From Macrostomum lignano (Eukaryota), in contig NIVC01000628.1 of NCBI GenBank assembly GCA_002269645.1, positions 310,001 to 374,000 on the forward strand: DNA of 64,000 nucleotides, in the 5' to 3' direction. Under the pieces are notes generated by a model. The model ran no database searches, was not told where the DNA came from, and saw nothing but the letters and a program-made list of their open reading frames with translations. Positions 50,401-63,500 of this stretch are shown in pieces. Numbering within the stretch: the first letter of the stretch is position 1; each line of letters opens with the position of its first letter. The position numbers were made by a program, and so were the translations under genes.

Positions 50401-51319
50401 TCTAGAGGGCACCTCTGGGAAGGCACCCCTGTGCGCCAATCAGCACTGCGCCTCAGTGCAGCCTTGCAAAGCCTCCAAATTTCATCAGCACGTCGACCAC
50501 ACAAGTCTGCATCAGCCCTGACTTCGTTGGTCACTGGCCTTCACCCAGGCGGAGCTTCTGGACCTTCAAAAGGTGGCACTAGCGTGACTATGGACACCCA
50601 GTTGCGAATTTCTCTGATGACCTCACAATTGCTATGTATCCTCAATCAGTCTATCAAGCATTCAGTTATCATTCAGACGCTGTCGCCTCCTTCAACGGGA
50701 AAATCCTCCCCTGTTGGTTCGACAAGCAGGTTTTTGGTAATCCTTCTGCAGAAATGAATTTCACAACTAGCAATAAGCGCCGCACAGTGAGCGGGTGTTC
50801 CAAGCATTGGATATTGATATAGTTCTAGCCAATAAAATACGCACGTACGCTTGTATATTTGATGCAATTATTTCACAAAGCAGATGTTTAAACACCAGCA
50901 AGGCTACAGACAGTTGCCAGGGCTCTGTATTACAGCAGCATCTGTGCTGCTAGCATGAGCTGCTGCAAAACGACGGCACAAAAATCTGAAGGGGAAACAA
51001 GGGCCAAGGGCTAACCGAATATAGAATTTTCTTTTCAATCCCGGGATAATTCATGTCTCAAATTATTCAGCGCAACATCACAGGGTCAATACGCATAACA
51101 GGGAGAGTGAATACACAATGAAATAATACAAACCGAATACAATTATTAAGACATTAATATTACTATACCAGGGCTTTTACTGAATTTCGTATTCAAAGCA
51201 GAAGTTAATTGGCTTGCTTTTAACCACTGAAATGAAATTCAATTAGGGCTCTTGCTGCAGCCTGATTAATTATTGATAAGGGAGGCCATTTCTTGCCGCT
51301 GCGGTTTGCGGGGAATCTC

Positions 51320-51795
51320 GGGATGGATAATGGCCGAATCTCGGGTGGATAATGGCCGAATCTCGGGTGGATAATGGTCGAATCTCGGGGTGGATAATGG
51401 CCGAATCTCGGGATGGATAATGGCCGAATCTCGGGTGGATAATGGCCGAATCTCGGGGTGGATGATGGCCGAATCTCGGGGTGGATAATGGCCGAATCTC
51501 GGGTGGATAATGGCCGAATCTCGGGTGGATGATGGCCGAATCTCGGGTGGATGATGGCCAAATCTCGGGGTGGATGATGGCCGAATCTCGGGATGGATAA
51601 TGGCCGAATCTCGGGTGGATAATGGCCGAATCTCGGGTGGATAATGGCCGAATCTCGGGATGGATAATGGCCGAATCTCGGGTGGATAATGGCCGAATCT
51701 CGGGTGGATAATGGCCGAATCTCGGGTGGATAATGGCCGAATCTCGGGGTGGATAATGGCCGAATCTCGGGGTGGATAATGGCCGAATCTCTGGG
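51320..51795. repeat. 22/23-bp minisatellite (GGATAATGGCCGAATCTCGGGT)
   Basis: Read directly. Confidence 0.93.
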
Positions 51796-52582
51796 TGGGG
51801 ATAATTAGTGCCTTAAAAGGTCACTCTGGGGGCCCATGGAGAACACGTAGAAAAACTAATGAATAACTCAATAAAAATATTTCAACATAATTCAGATTGG
51901 GATTGGGATTTACACACAAATAATCTCTGACAAAGTTTCTAATAATTAAGGACGATAAGAAAAGCAGATAAAAAACGGAAACAAGGTAGGCAACAACGTG
52001 CAAAGCAACTGGGAAACACCAAAATAATAAAACAAGGCTTAAGATTAACGAGGATAAAAGTTGTAAGCGGCTTGCTTGAGTGAGCGAGGTGTAAGACTGA
52101 AGGGTGAAAAGCAGATTGTGGGAACACTGCACAGGGTGAAGTCCCACAGCCGACTTGGCAACGCCCAGGGGCTTCCTAATAACTCTACTAGATTTTGATT
52201 GAACAAAGCCCCGACAGGGATATTAAATTAGTAAACGAATAAGCCGTGAGAAGCCACAACTGAAGCTTGCAACATCGGGATCAGCGACTTCGCACACGAT
52301 AACAGAGACAGCAATTAAGTAAGCTTAGTTTAATATATGTATGTATAGGGCAGCCAAGAATCAACAGTGCAGGACCGTTACTCAAACGCGTGCTTATATA
52401 GCAGATGTATAATTAGCATGGTAAATATGTATATAAGTATTCATTCATTCAGAGCCAATCTTCAACATCTTCCTGTGTAGTTTTGAAAGCGCCCGAACCG
52501 TCCAGTCCAGACGCCTATTATCCTAACAGATAAAAAACTGTAGTCCTTGCAGACAGAGCAGAACTTATATCACCCCCTCCCC

Positions 52583-55500
52583 CTACTTGATGTGCAGGTG
52601 CTCGAATTTCTTCAGCAAATCCTCTCGATCCTTCTCTCGCTTGCGCTCCCTGAAAGAGACCGGGGGGGTTATAAAGGGGATTAATTATAGAAGCGAATAG
52701 ATGGGATTTGTCAGCTTTCTTTCTCCTCGGAATTCACCAGGAAATAGGAATCTATTCAATCATTAGATGAGAAATTTTAATTACCGCTTCTAATCTTCTA
52801 ATCTAAGTGCTTTTTGCCTTTGAGCTCTTTCCTAGAAATTAATCCTTGTTTCATTCGGCGGCAATAAATTCAATATAGAATCCTATCTAACGGCACCCCA
52901 TGCCCCACTTTTCTCAGTTGAGACAGCCGCTCCATTCAAAACTGCTGCAAAACACCCAGCTTTTTTATTCAGATCTCAGCCCACTCTTTGACCCCAGCCC
53001 ACAGTTCACTCTATGACCCCCAGCCCTCAGTTCACTCTTTGACCCCAGCCCACAGTTCACTCTATGACCCCAGCCCACAGTTCACTCTATGACCCCCAGC
53101 CCTCAGTTCACTCTATGGCCCTCAGTCCACAGTTCAATCTATGACCCCCAGCCCTCAGTTCACTCTATGACCCCCAGCCCTCAGTTCACTCTATGACCCC
53201 CAGCCCTCAGTTCACCCTATGGCCCTCAGTCCACAGTTCACTCTATGACCCCCAGCCCACAGTTCACTCTATGGCCCTCAGCCCACAGTTCACTCTATGG
53301 CCCCCAGCCCACAGCTCACCCTATGGCCCCCAGCCCTCAGTTCACTCTATGACCCCCAGCCCTCAGTTCACTCTATGACCCCAGCCCTCAGTTCACTCTA
53401 TGACCCCAGCCCTCAGTTCACTCTATGACCCCAGCCCTCAGTTCACTCTATGACCCCAGCCCTCAGTTCACTCTATGACCCCAGCCCTCAGTTCACTCTA
53501 TGACCCCAGCCCTCAGTTCACTCTATGGCCCTCAGCCCTCAGTTCACTCGATGATCTTCAGCAGTCACTTCACCCTATGACCCTCATCCCTCAGTCAGAA
53601 GAAAGCGCTCACTTCTGCCGCTCAGCCTTGTAAGCATTTGTCAGTTCGTCAAACAATTTGCTATTCATTTCCATAAATGACTTGAGCACATTGTACACCA
53701 GAGCTACAATAGTCTGGTTCCAGTGCTCGCGCGAGATCCTATAGAACGATGGGAATAGAATTGGCATTATGACGGCATTGTTTTCTTCAATTAGTTGCGT
53801 CACGTATTCGTTGTTCCAGAAGAATAGAGCGCGTTCGGCCACCTGAAAGGCACAAATTGGGATAAAGGCTGCCTGAATGACAGGAAGTGACATTGGCTGA
53901 ATAAATGACCGGAAGTGAGACTGGCTGAATAAATGACCGGAAGTGAGACTGGCTAAATAAATGACCGGAAGTGAGACTGGCTAAATAAATGACCGGAAGT
54001 GAGACTGGCTGAATAAATGACCGGAAGTGAGACTGGTTGAATAAATGACTGGAAGTGAGACTGGCTGAATAAATGACCCGAAGTGAGACTGGCTGAATAA
54101 ATGACCGGAAGTGACAGTGGCTGAATAAATGACCGGGAGTGAGACTGGCTGAATAAATGACCGGAAGCGAGACTGTCCGAATAAATGACCGGAAGTGAGA
54201 CTGGCTGAATAAATGACCGGAAGTGAGACTGTCCGAATAAATGACCGGAAGTGAGACTGGCTGAATAAATGACCGGAAGTGAGACTGGCTGAATAAATGA
54301 CCGGAAGTGAGAATGTCCGAATAAATGACCGGGAGTGAGACTGTCCGAATAAATGACCGGAAGTGAAACTGGCTAAATAAATGACCGGAATTGAGACTGT
54401 CCGAATAAATGACCGGAAGTGAGACTGGCTGAATAAATGACTGGAAGTGAGACTGGCTGAATAAATGACCGGAAGTGAGACTGGCTGAATAAACTACCGG
54501 AAGTGAGGCTGGCTGAATAAATGACTGGAAGTGAGACTGGCTGAATAAATGACTGGAAGTGAGACTGGCTGAATAAATGACTGGAAGTGAGACTGGCTGA
54601 ATAAATGACCGGAAGTGAGACTGGCTGAATAAACTACCGGAAGTGAGGCTGGCTGAATAAATGACCGGAAGTGAGAATGTCCGAATAAATGACCGGGAGT
54701 GAGACTGTCCGAATAAATGACCGGAAGTGAGACTGGCTAAATAAATGACCGGAATTGAGACTGTCCGAATAAATGACCGGAAGTGAGACTGTCCGAATAA
54801 ATGACCGGAAGTGAGACTGGCTGAATAAATGACCGGAAGTGAGACTGTCCGAATAAATGACCGGAAGTGAGACTGTCCGAATAAATGACCGGAAGTGAGA
54901 CTGTCCGAATAAATGACCGGAAGTGAGACTGGCTGAATAGACTACCGGAAGTGAGACTGGCTGAATAAATGACCGGAAGTGAGACTGTCCGAATAAATGA
55001 CCGGAAGTGAGACTGGCTGAATAAATGACCGGAAGTGAGACTGGCTGAATAAATGACCGGAAGTGAGACTGTCCGAATAAATGACCGGAAGTGAGACTGT
55101 CCGAATAAATGACCGGAAGTGAGACTGTCCGAATAAATGACCGGAAGTGGGCATCGCTAAGCCGAAATTTCAAGCCAGAAAACTCACTTGAAAATGCGAA
55201 CTGCTAACAGATTTGGCAATCTGCTTAAACAGAGGCACCATGATTTTCTCGAACTGGCCGGGCTCCATCACGTCCATAATTTCTTCCATCTCGCCGAGGT
55301 ACATCACCTCCTTGCTGCTGACTGTTCTAGGCCAGAATTTGAGCAGCCCGCGAACCACCTGCTCGGTGAGTGTGGCGTCTTTCTCAAGGAACTGCACAAC
55401 GCAGTAAGCCAGCTGGGCGTGAAACATGCCGAGAGATTTGGCCTTGTGCAGCGGCAGCAGAACTTTCACTAGGAATTGCTTGTGCTCCGCCTTTAACGGC

Positions 55501-57706
55501 AGCGCAAATCCATTGATGATGCTGCCCAGAATCTCCAGCAATTCGCCGACACCATTAAACTGTTCGGTCTGGTAGATGAAGCGCAGGAAAATGTTATTAA
55601 TCTGCTTGCGTATGAAAGCGCGCAAGCCAAGAAATTTGCCATAGATTCGATGCAGGACAGTCTTCAGAAAATCGCGCTCGCGCGGATCCTCGCTGTCGAA
55701 GAGCTCGAGTAGCTGTATAAAATATTAGTTTAAAAAATGAGTAAAATTCTCAGCATGCTACTTAGTTAACTACTGCACAGGTTTTACACTAGAATAAAAA
55801 TATGCTTTTAGAGTAGCTAGATGATGAAGCAGCAACGCCAGGTCGAGAAGCTGCAAGCAATCTGGATTGAAAACGTTTTGTCCAAAAAGCATGGACTTCT
55901 AAAGTTTTAGATCTAGAATCTAGACTGGAAACCGCCAGTACAAAAAACCATGGACATGTAAAGTTCTAGCTCTAGAACCTAGAAACTGTTACCATAGAAA
56001 CCATCGAGTTACCATCTAAAGTCCTAGATCTAGAAATCTGGACTGGAAATCGTCAGTACAAAAAAGCCATGGACATCGAAAGTTCCCAAATCTAGAATCT
56101 GGATCGGAAACTTTTGTCATAAAAACCATGGAGTTCAAAAGTTCTAGACCTAGAATCTACAGCAAAACTTTGGTGTGCTCAACCTTGAGCTAACCCACTC
56201 CCGTGTCGCAACTGCTAATGCCTCCACAGACATTTGCACACGTATTGCCCATCAACTGAGCAGTGTCAGGAATAGACGTGCGGTTGAGGCAACGCCCTGA
56301 AGCCCTGCAGACTGCAGAGACAGACAGGAATAATAAAACAGCTCAATAGCGCGGAGTGAGAAGTGTACAAGGCCAAGTCAAGATTCTACATTATTCCCAT
56401 CCGTGAGGATCACAGAATACTAACCCATGTTAATACTGCAACATCGCAGTAGAGGCCGGCGTACATGCAGCGATGGGAGAAATAAAAGCACCCTGGGGGG
56501 AGGCAAGGCGGGAGACAGAAGAGTCCAGTCTCCAGGGCGCTCATTAAAGTAGTATATGCAGACAGGCGGACAGGCAAATGAGAGACGCGAAGAGGAATAC
56601 CAGAAATCCAATTATCTCCTTTTCCTTCCTAACGAAAGAAATCCGTCCAACACAGGCAGTGAATATTAGCCTAGTAGAGAAGCAAAGCTTTACAGAGATT
56701 TTTCTAGCGACTCGAGTCATACTCAATCACTTTTCTAGACACTAAAAAACAGCAGACCAACAGTAAAGCAGAATTACCTGCAGTACGAATCGCTGATCAA
56801 TGTACTTTTTAGCGACCGACGGTTGAAAGTCTGGCGATTCTAATACGCGAAGAAAGAACTCGTAGACAAACTGTAATGAAATAGCAATTAAAATTCTTAT
56901 TCATATCCCAAAAGTGCGGTCACTAATATTTAAATACGGAACACAAACTTTATGTTTAATAAACAATTTCTAGTTTCACCTGTAAATGAGGCCACGAAGC
57001 TTCCAGTGTCGGGTCGTCCTCCTCCGGATCAAAGTCGGGGTTGTCGGAGGGCGGCAACGTTCGAAAGATGTTGCACGCAATCTGGCGGGATGAAGGGAGG
57101 CCGGGCGGGTGATAATTGAGCATAGTAAGCTGTTGATCAGCTTCCATCACTAGCACAGGAAACCGCTGATCAGCTTCCATCACTAGCACAGGAAACCGCT
57201 GATCAGCTTCCATCACTAGCACAGGAAACTGCTGATCAGCTTCCATCACTAGCACAGGAAACTGCTGATCAGCTTCCATCACTAGCACAGGAAACTGCTG
57301 ATCAGCTTCCATCTGTATCACTCAAGCTCTCACTCACCATTCGAATAATCTCTGGATAAGTTGCATCTTGCAAAACGCCCCTAGTAACGGTGACATATTC
57401 AACTAATTCGTTAAGGCATGTCCGTTTAATCTCTTTGGATTTGACATCGGACACGGGATCGGAGAAGTCAAATACAACGCAGCACTGTTGCAACTTTTTA
57501 ACAAACAACTCCTGCTGATCTGTGGCAGCGTCTTTCAACGGAGGCAGCTGAGTTAACTCCGTCGGCGCCTTCGGCCGGTAGTGAGACGAGCCGCGCGACC
57601 TTTTGGCGGCTTTTTTACTAGCTTTGAGCTCGTTTTTATTGCGGAACGGGTCGGTTTTGTCTTTGGCTGGGCCGCCATCGACTTTGCCAGCCGCTGCTGC
57701 AGACAT
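52583..57706 (-). CDS. PPP2R5: PP2A regulatory subunit B' (B56); complement(join(52583..52649,53613..53842,55188..55712,56778..56870,56980..57081,57338..57706)), 461 aa
   Basis: B56 motifs [117 protein letters not shown]. All five introns are GT-AG and in frame (1386 nt). Most like the alpha/epsilon (widerborst) group. Confidence 0.96.
52985..53590. repeat. 25/26-bp minisatellite (TGACCCCAGCCCTCAGTTCACTCTA) in B56 intron 5
   Basis: Read directly. Confidence 0.93.
53875..55150. repeat. 28-bp minisatellite (GGCTGAATAAATGACCGGAAGTGAGACT), ~45 copies, in B56 intron 4
   Basis: Read directly. Confidence 0.95.
57130..57315. repeat. 33-bp minisatellite (GATCAGCTTCCATCACTAGCACAGGAAACTGCT) in B56 intron 1
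   Basis: Read directly, ~5.5 copies. Confidence 0.93.
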
Positions 57707-58940
57707 TGGCTAATTGCTTCTAGGAGTAAAAGGGGAGGGTCAATTGAAAGCTAGTTTGCTTACTCTGAGCAAGGAATAGAAGGCGTTGTTGTAATCAGTG
57801 TGTGCTCTATGTCAGCATGCAAGGTGTTATTGAGATGGTTGCGATTGCAGTTATTATTAGCGAAAGTTGTGATAGTTGTTTTATATCACTTAGAAACAAC
57901 ATTATGCTGCAATTTTTGTTTATGTTGATTTGCTCTAAAAGGAATTTTACAAGCTTTAACAATAGTTTATAGAAAAGTAGTATCTATAGATTCTAAGCAA
58001 GTTTAAAGCAGGAATATTGGAAAAGGCTAACTTACATATATAAAGATTCTATAACTAAGTAATCAAGTTGCAAGTGAATTTTCTACACAAGATTTGCCTG
58101 CAGTCCAAAGCTGCACATGTTACTACAAAGCGTTACTAAAATTTACCTTAAAATGCTCAGTCAGTTTTTATAAATATATGTTAGCCCAAACAAAATTTGG
58201 GAACACAGACATGAATATCTTTTCAAATTAAATTATTAGCTTCTATCACTGATGAAAAAATAAAAAGTCAAACCCCTTACAAAAATCATAAATCCTAGCA
58301 CTAAAAGCAAAGTTCTATATTAGAGAATTTTATGCACAATAAGCAAAACTCAATACATTAATCTTCTGAGACCAAATTTTGGCTGATTGATATTTCATTC
58401 GCAGTGTAAAATTTTTTTTCAAGCAATTTTGTGTTTTCTCTTAATAAGCATAATAAATTATCCCTTCTTAGTTTTCTATTGGTGGTTTTCTACTTTTATT
58501 CTTGATAATGAATATGAATATATGCCATTGAGATTTGTTATAATTGTATGCTATCTTGGCTATCTAACCTAGTCTTTTTCTATTCTGTCTATTTTACTAC
58601 CTGAGTCTACTTAAGAATCTATATCACATATTGGCCAGCCTTAGATAAAACTAATTCCTATTTTATTTGATTCCAATACCCAAAGCCTCTACTTATAGAT
58701 TCAAAATAAATTGACCCAGATAGCTCTTTTCCTATAAAATTGATTATTATTTTGTTTATCTAAATAGCTGATAATATAGCTATACATGCAGAACACCTGG
58801 CAAAGCCAGCCAATCTAGCTGATGAGGGGCCCAGCCAAGGTAAGTTGGAAGTTGTAAGTTGCCAACCCAAAAATAGAGACATATATTTACTTAGTATAAC
58901 TTGCCAAAAATCTATATTTATAGTAAAAACTAGGAACAAT

Positions 58941-59168
58941 AGCGCTGTCATTTTTGTTATGTGACGTGTTTCACCTCACATCAGGCATTGTCAGGCTCTT
59001 AAAATTTAGTTACAATTTATTTTTTATTTACTTATATTTAGCAATTTAGACAAAAACAGGTCAATAAAAGTCATAAAATGTATATAAATTAACAGTTGAT
59101 TGCACAGTCAAGAGGAGCGGTGCCTGACGCAAGGCGAAACATGTCGCATAACAAAGGATGATAGTGCT
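58941..59168. repeat. ~48-bp inverted repeat pair (58941-58987 / 59121-59168) carrying a hammerhead-like motif
   Basis: The arms differ by 9 transitions and 1 indel; + arm reads TGC-CTGACG-CAAGG-CGAAAC-AT-GTC-GCA. Confidence 0.75.
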
Positions 59169-60179
59169 CACATTCTTAATTTTGTTTTTCATGAGACACG
59201 CAACTTTACCATAGTCAAAATTAAATTGCATAACTTTAAATTATATAGAAAAATTTGAATAATTTTAGAGATTATAACAAGGACTACTCAAATAACATTA
59301 TATATAGTACTCTACACTTGTGTTTCATGGAAATAGTTTTAAAGGCTGGTTTTACAAGAAAAATACACTGTGGAGATAGGAAATTTTATAATTTTCAACA
59401 CTAAAACAGTGATTGGGTCTCTTAACAGTGTCAGAGAAAGTCATAATCATACTATTTTGTGTCTTACATGCTGCTGTAATGATGCATTAATCATTTTTTT
59501 CATCTTAAATTGGTCTTGTAATTATTTTAAATGTTTTTTTCAAGACTTTTCAACAACTTTTCAAGTGACAAAAATACTTAAAATTTTTGTAAGTCATTTA
59601 TTGATAATTAATTTTTTATTAGATTGACTTAGTTAAGGTTTAGTATGGCTTTTAGAAGGTAAATTCTCTGCAAATAAGTCAGAGGCTCAGACTCTAAAGT
59701 GCCCATATTTAATTAATAAATTTATATAATTTGTATTAATATATTTCAATTATATTATATTTAATTGTATATCTGTCTATTTATCTTCTTATCTGCCTTT
59801 TAGTATGGCATTTTGTGACTTCGACCTGAAAATAACATCTATTCATAACTATAATACACAAGCTACTTTGAGTTGAATACTTTGCTAGGCCAAGTCTGCT
59901 CAATATATATGACCAAAACCAATACAAGTATTAAATATATATATAGTTTAGATAAAAACTAAATTTTACTCTAAATCCAAATACTAACCCCACTCCAGCT
60001 AAGTAGATATTCAACTTAGCAGAAATCCAAGCAAAGTTGGACTCTTAAAAATAAAAAATACTTTCTTCATAATAATCTATACTGGCAAGTGATGTACTGA
60101 TGTATCAAATGTTTAATTAGTTATATATCAATGTTTGTTTTTTATATAAGTGTTAGTCTAGGAAAACTGAGTCAAGTCA

Positions 60180-60440
60180 TGTTTGCAAGCGAAGGAGAAT
60201 ACCATTGAAAGATCTCTACCGAAGTGACGAAAGTATTTATTTGACTACATAACACGAAACCACGTACATCAGTAGACAAATGCCATCCGATTGGCTGGGG
60301 GTTAAAACCATGCACACTGGCAAGCACAAATGTACACAGGTAGGGGTAAAACGATAGCGCGCAAGAATGATCAGTCACGGGAGGGAGAGAGAGAGAGAGA
60401 CAAGTGAAACAACATGAAAAACCAAAGTACAACCCCAACA
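60180..60440 (-). mobile_element. 3' LTR (261 bp) of the Gypsy element, preceded by a polypurine tract (60441-60451)
   Basis: On the - strand: GGGGGGAGCAG, then TGTTGGGG...GCAAACA (TGTT/AACA termini) with an internal AATAAA. The 5' LTR is outside the window, so TSD and LTR identity cannot be checked. Confidence 0.8.
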
Positions 60441-60595
60441 CTGCTCCCCCCAAAAGCAGCAAAACAAAAAACAAAAGAAACCAAGACCTGTCCTTAGACC
60501 TTATAACAAACAGGTTTACGAGGCCGCAAATCATACGAGCTGTGGGGCTGGAGAGTCTTATCTCCAGAACTCAGCGGGGAGTCACAGTCAGTCAC

Positions 60596-63500
60596 CTAAG
60601 GTTCACGCAGCTCCGAGTCAGAGCCAGCCTTTGCACCCTGAATCGATAGCCCAGCCTGATCCTCGGATCCAGCCGCCTCGGTCAGCCGCCGATCGGCCTC
60701 CGCCTCCGGGCGGCAGCTCCATTGGTTTGCGTGCGCCATCCGCAGTCCACCGTCTGGTAGGTCAGCTGAGGTCACCAGAGCTGTGTTCCGGCCGTGCTGC
60801 ACGATGAACTTGGCCGGAACTGGAGCCGTGCCAGGCCGAGCCCTCAGCCAGATGGAGTCACCCACTTGCTCGGTCATCGTCAGCGGATGGCGCAGCCGGC
60901 GTCCCCACATGAGAATGTCCGGCGAGCTGGAACAATTCCCGCTAGGCCTGCTGGTGCGAATGGTTAGGAGCAATTTCTGCAGGAACTGGTCAAATGGGAC
61001 CACTTTCGTCCACGTCTTCAGCCCGCCTTTGAGACTCCTCACCAACATCTCCTGGCAGCCGACACTGTTCAGCCACTGCGAGACTCTTTCCGACCTGAAC
61101 TCAGGCGCATTATCCGACACTAGCGTCCGTGGCACTCCATTTCTGGCGAACACCGCTCTCAGCACTCTCAGCACACTGCCCGCAGACCTGTCTGGGACCT
61201 GGACAGCTTCTGGCCAACCCGAGTATGCATCAGACAGCAACAGTAGCAAGCCCACTCCTGGCACCTCACAGTGGTCCATGTGGACCCGGGACCACGGCTC
61301 GCTCTCGGATGGCCAGATGTCAATTTTCCGCTGAACCACCGGCCGTCTTTCAGCGCACAGCTGACACCGCTCAACAAACTGACGGACATCGCGATCCAGT
61401 CCAGGCCACCAGAACTCCTTAGACACATGGGCCTTAGTATTTTCCGCGCTCAGGTGCACCTCATCATGCGCGGTCTCCAAAATGCGCCGCCGGAGAATGG
61501 TCGGAGGCACCACCCTGGTACCGTGGATGACCAGCCCGTTCTCCACAGACAACGCTTCCCAACACGCTTTGTACGGCCGCTCCAGCTGAGAGACCTGACC
61601 CCACCGGCCTGTCCTGATTCTCTGCTGGAGTCTTTGAAGCAGTGAACACTGGGAAGTACTTTCTCTCAGCTCCTCCACGGTAACCAAGCCTCCGTCAGTG
61701 ATCCACTCAGTCTGGTGAACCGACTCCGTCTCAGGATCGAGGTTTTCAAAGCTCAGCCTTGATAGAGCGTCAGCATCCTGCATCTTCTTTCCCGGCACAT
61801 ATTCAATCTCGTAATCATAAGCCGATAGCCGCAGAGCCCACCGGGTTAGTCTGGCAGAAACAGTCTTTGGAAGATTCTTGCAAGGATTCAGAATAAACTT
61901 CAAAGGCTCGTGATCGGTCTGCAGAATGAATTTCTTCCCTAGCAACATTTTCCGAGCTCGTTCAACCGCCCAAACAATAGCCAGCACTTCTCTCTCGATG
62001 TTTGAATAGTTGGTTTCTGCCTGTGTGAGCGCCCTGGACATGAACATGACGGGATGTCCAGATTGGACCAGCACCGCGCCCAAGGACTTCTCGCTCGCAT
62101 CGACTCGAAGACAGACAGGCGCGGAAACATCAAACGGCTTGATGCACGGGTTTGAGGCCAGACTCCTTTTGACCTCCGAAAATGCCGCCTCAGCCACCGC
62201 GTTCCATTCAAAGACCCGGTCACCGCGGCGAAGCTCCTGAAGAGGCCGACATTTCTCAGAAAAGTTTGGAACCAGCCGTCCATAAAATTGAGCCAGTCCT
62301 AGAAATCTCTCCAAATCTTTCTTGGTCTTCGGCACCTCGACATCCATCACACGTTTCACCATGCCCGGATCGGGTTTTATTCCTTCATCATCAATAATGT
62401 GACCAAGAAACTTCAGGCTGTTGGCTTCCATCACGCACTTCGCCTCGTTGATCTTGACATTTGCGGCCTTTAACTTGTTGAGCACCTGCTCCCTAATTTT
62501 CTGCAACTCTGCCCGGCTTGCAGCACCGATCAGCACATCGTCCTGATATACTATGACACATGGATGGTCTCCCAGGAGCTTTTCCATCACACGTTGAAAA
62601 ACAGATGGCGACACCTTAATGCCATACGGCAACCGGTTAAACCTGTAGCAACCAAACGGAGTGTTTATGGTGGTCACCGCCTTCGATTCCTCATCCAGGG
62701 GAACCTGATAGTACGCATCCGATAGGTCCAACCGACAGAACAGCTTCTTGTTGGCCATTTTCGAAAAGGCTGTCTCAATCGAGGGAGTGAGGAAGGTCTG
62801 GTCTTGAACCAACCGATTAACAGCCGAATAATCTCCACAAATTCTCACGGATGCCCGATCTGACTTCACCGTCACCACAATTGGACTGCCCCATTCCGAC
62901 GACATCACCTTCTCAACGATTCCAGCACTTTCCATCAGGTCCAGCTCCTTCTTAACCAAGTGCTTCAGCGCTAAGGGCAGTTCTCTGGCTGCCTGGAAAA
63001 TTGGCCTAGCTCCAGCACAAAGACGGATTTCTCCCGTAGCACCAGATATTCCCAACAAGCTCTCATACCTGTTGCTGGCGGCTGACTCATCAGAACTGGC
63101 ATGGTGCACCGGTGCGAGGACCAGCAGATTCCGGCCGAGCAGCCCAAACTCCTGTTGGCAGTCGATGACGGGCAGCTCTGCCGCCTTGAAGCGGCCGATG
63201 TTGCCAGTGGTCTCCACCAGGCATTCCAGAACGCCCATCTGTCTCATAACGTGTCCGTCATACGCCAGCATGCGCGACTTCGCTGACTTCAGCGGGGGCC
63301 TTCCGAGCTCATTCCAGATCCTTCGTGAGATTAACGAGCAGGAGGCACCGCTGTCCTTCTCCATCAGTACTTCTCTGTGATTGATTTTCACAGTGCAGAA
63401 CTCGGCAGGCTTTCCTTCTCCACAGTAGAAAACGGGCTCATCACGATAGGAGTCTTCTGGACTCAGCTGAGTGCCGACTGCTTCAGCTGGGGCAGCGAAG

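Noticed and set aside
50400-50900. Short ORFs in a moderately GC-rich unique stretch
   Set aside because: Stops occur in the frames I read, with no recognisable motif or consistent splice pattern.
51830-52305. Solo LTR with a PBS-like TGGGCCCCCAG on the - strand
   Set aside because: No convincing inverted termini, TSD or tRNA match; the position is equally explained as B56 3' UTR.
56425-56492. 68-nt frameshifting (poison) cassette exon in B56 intron 3
   Set aside because: Only plausible-looking splice sites support it; there is no conservation or transcript evidence.
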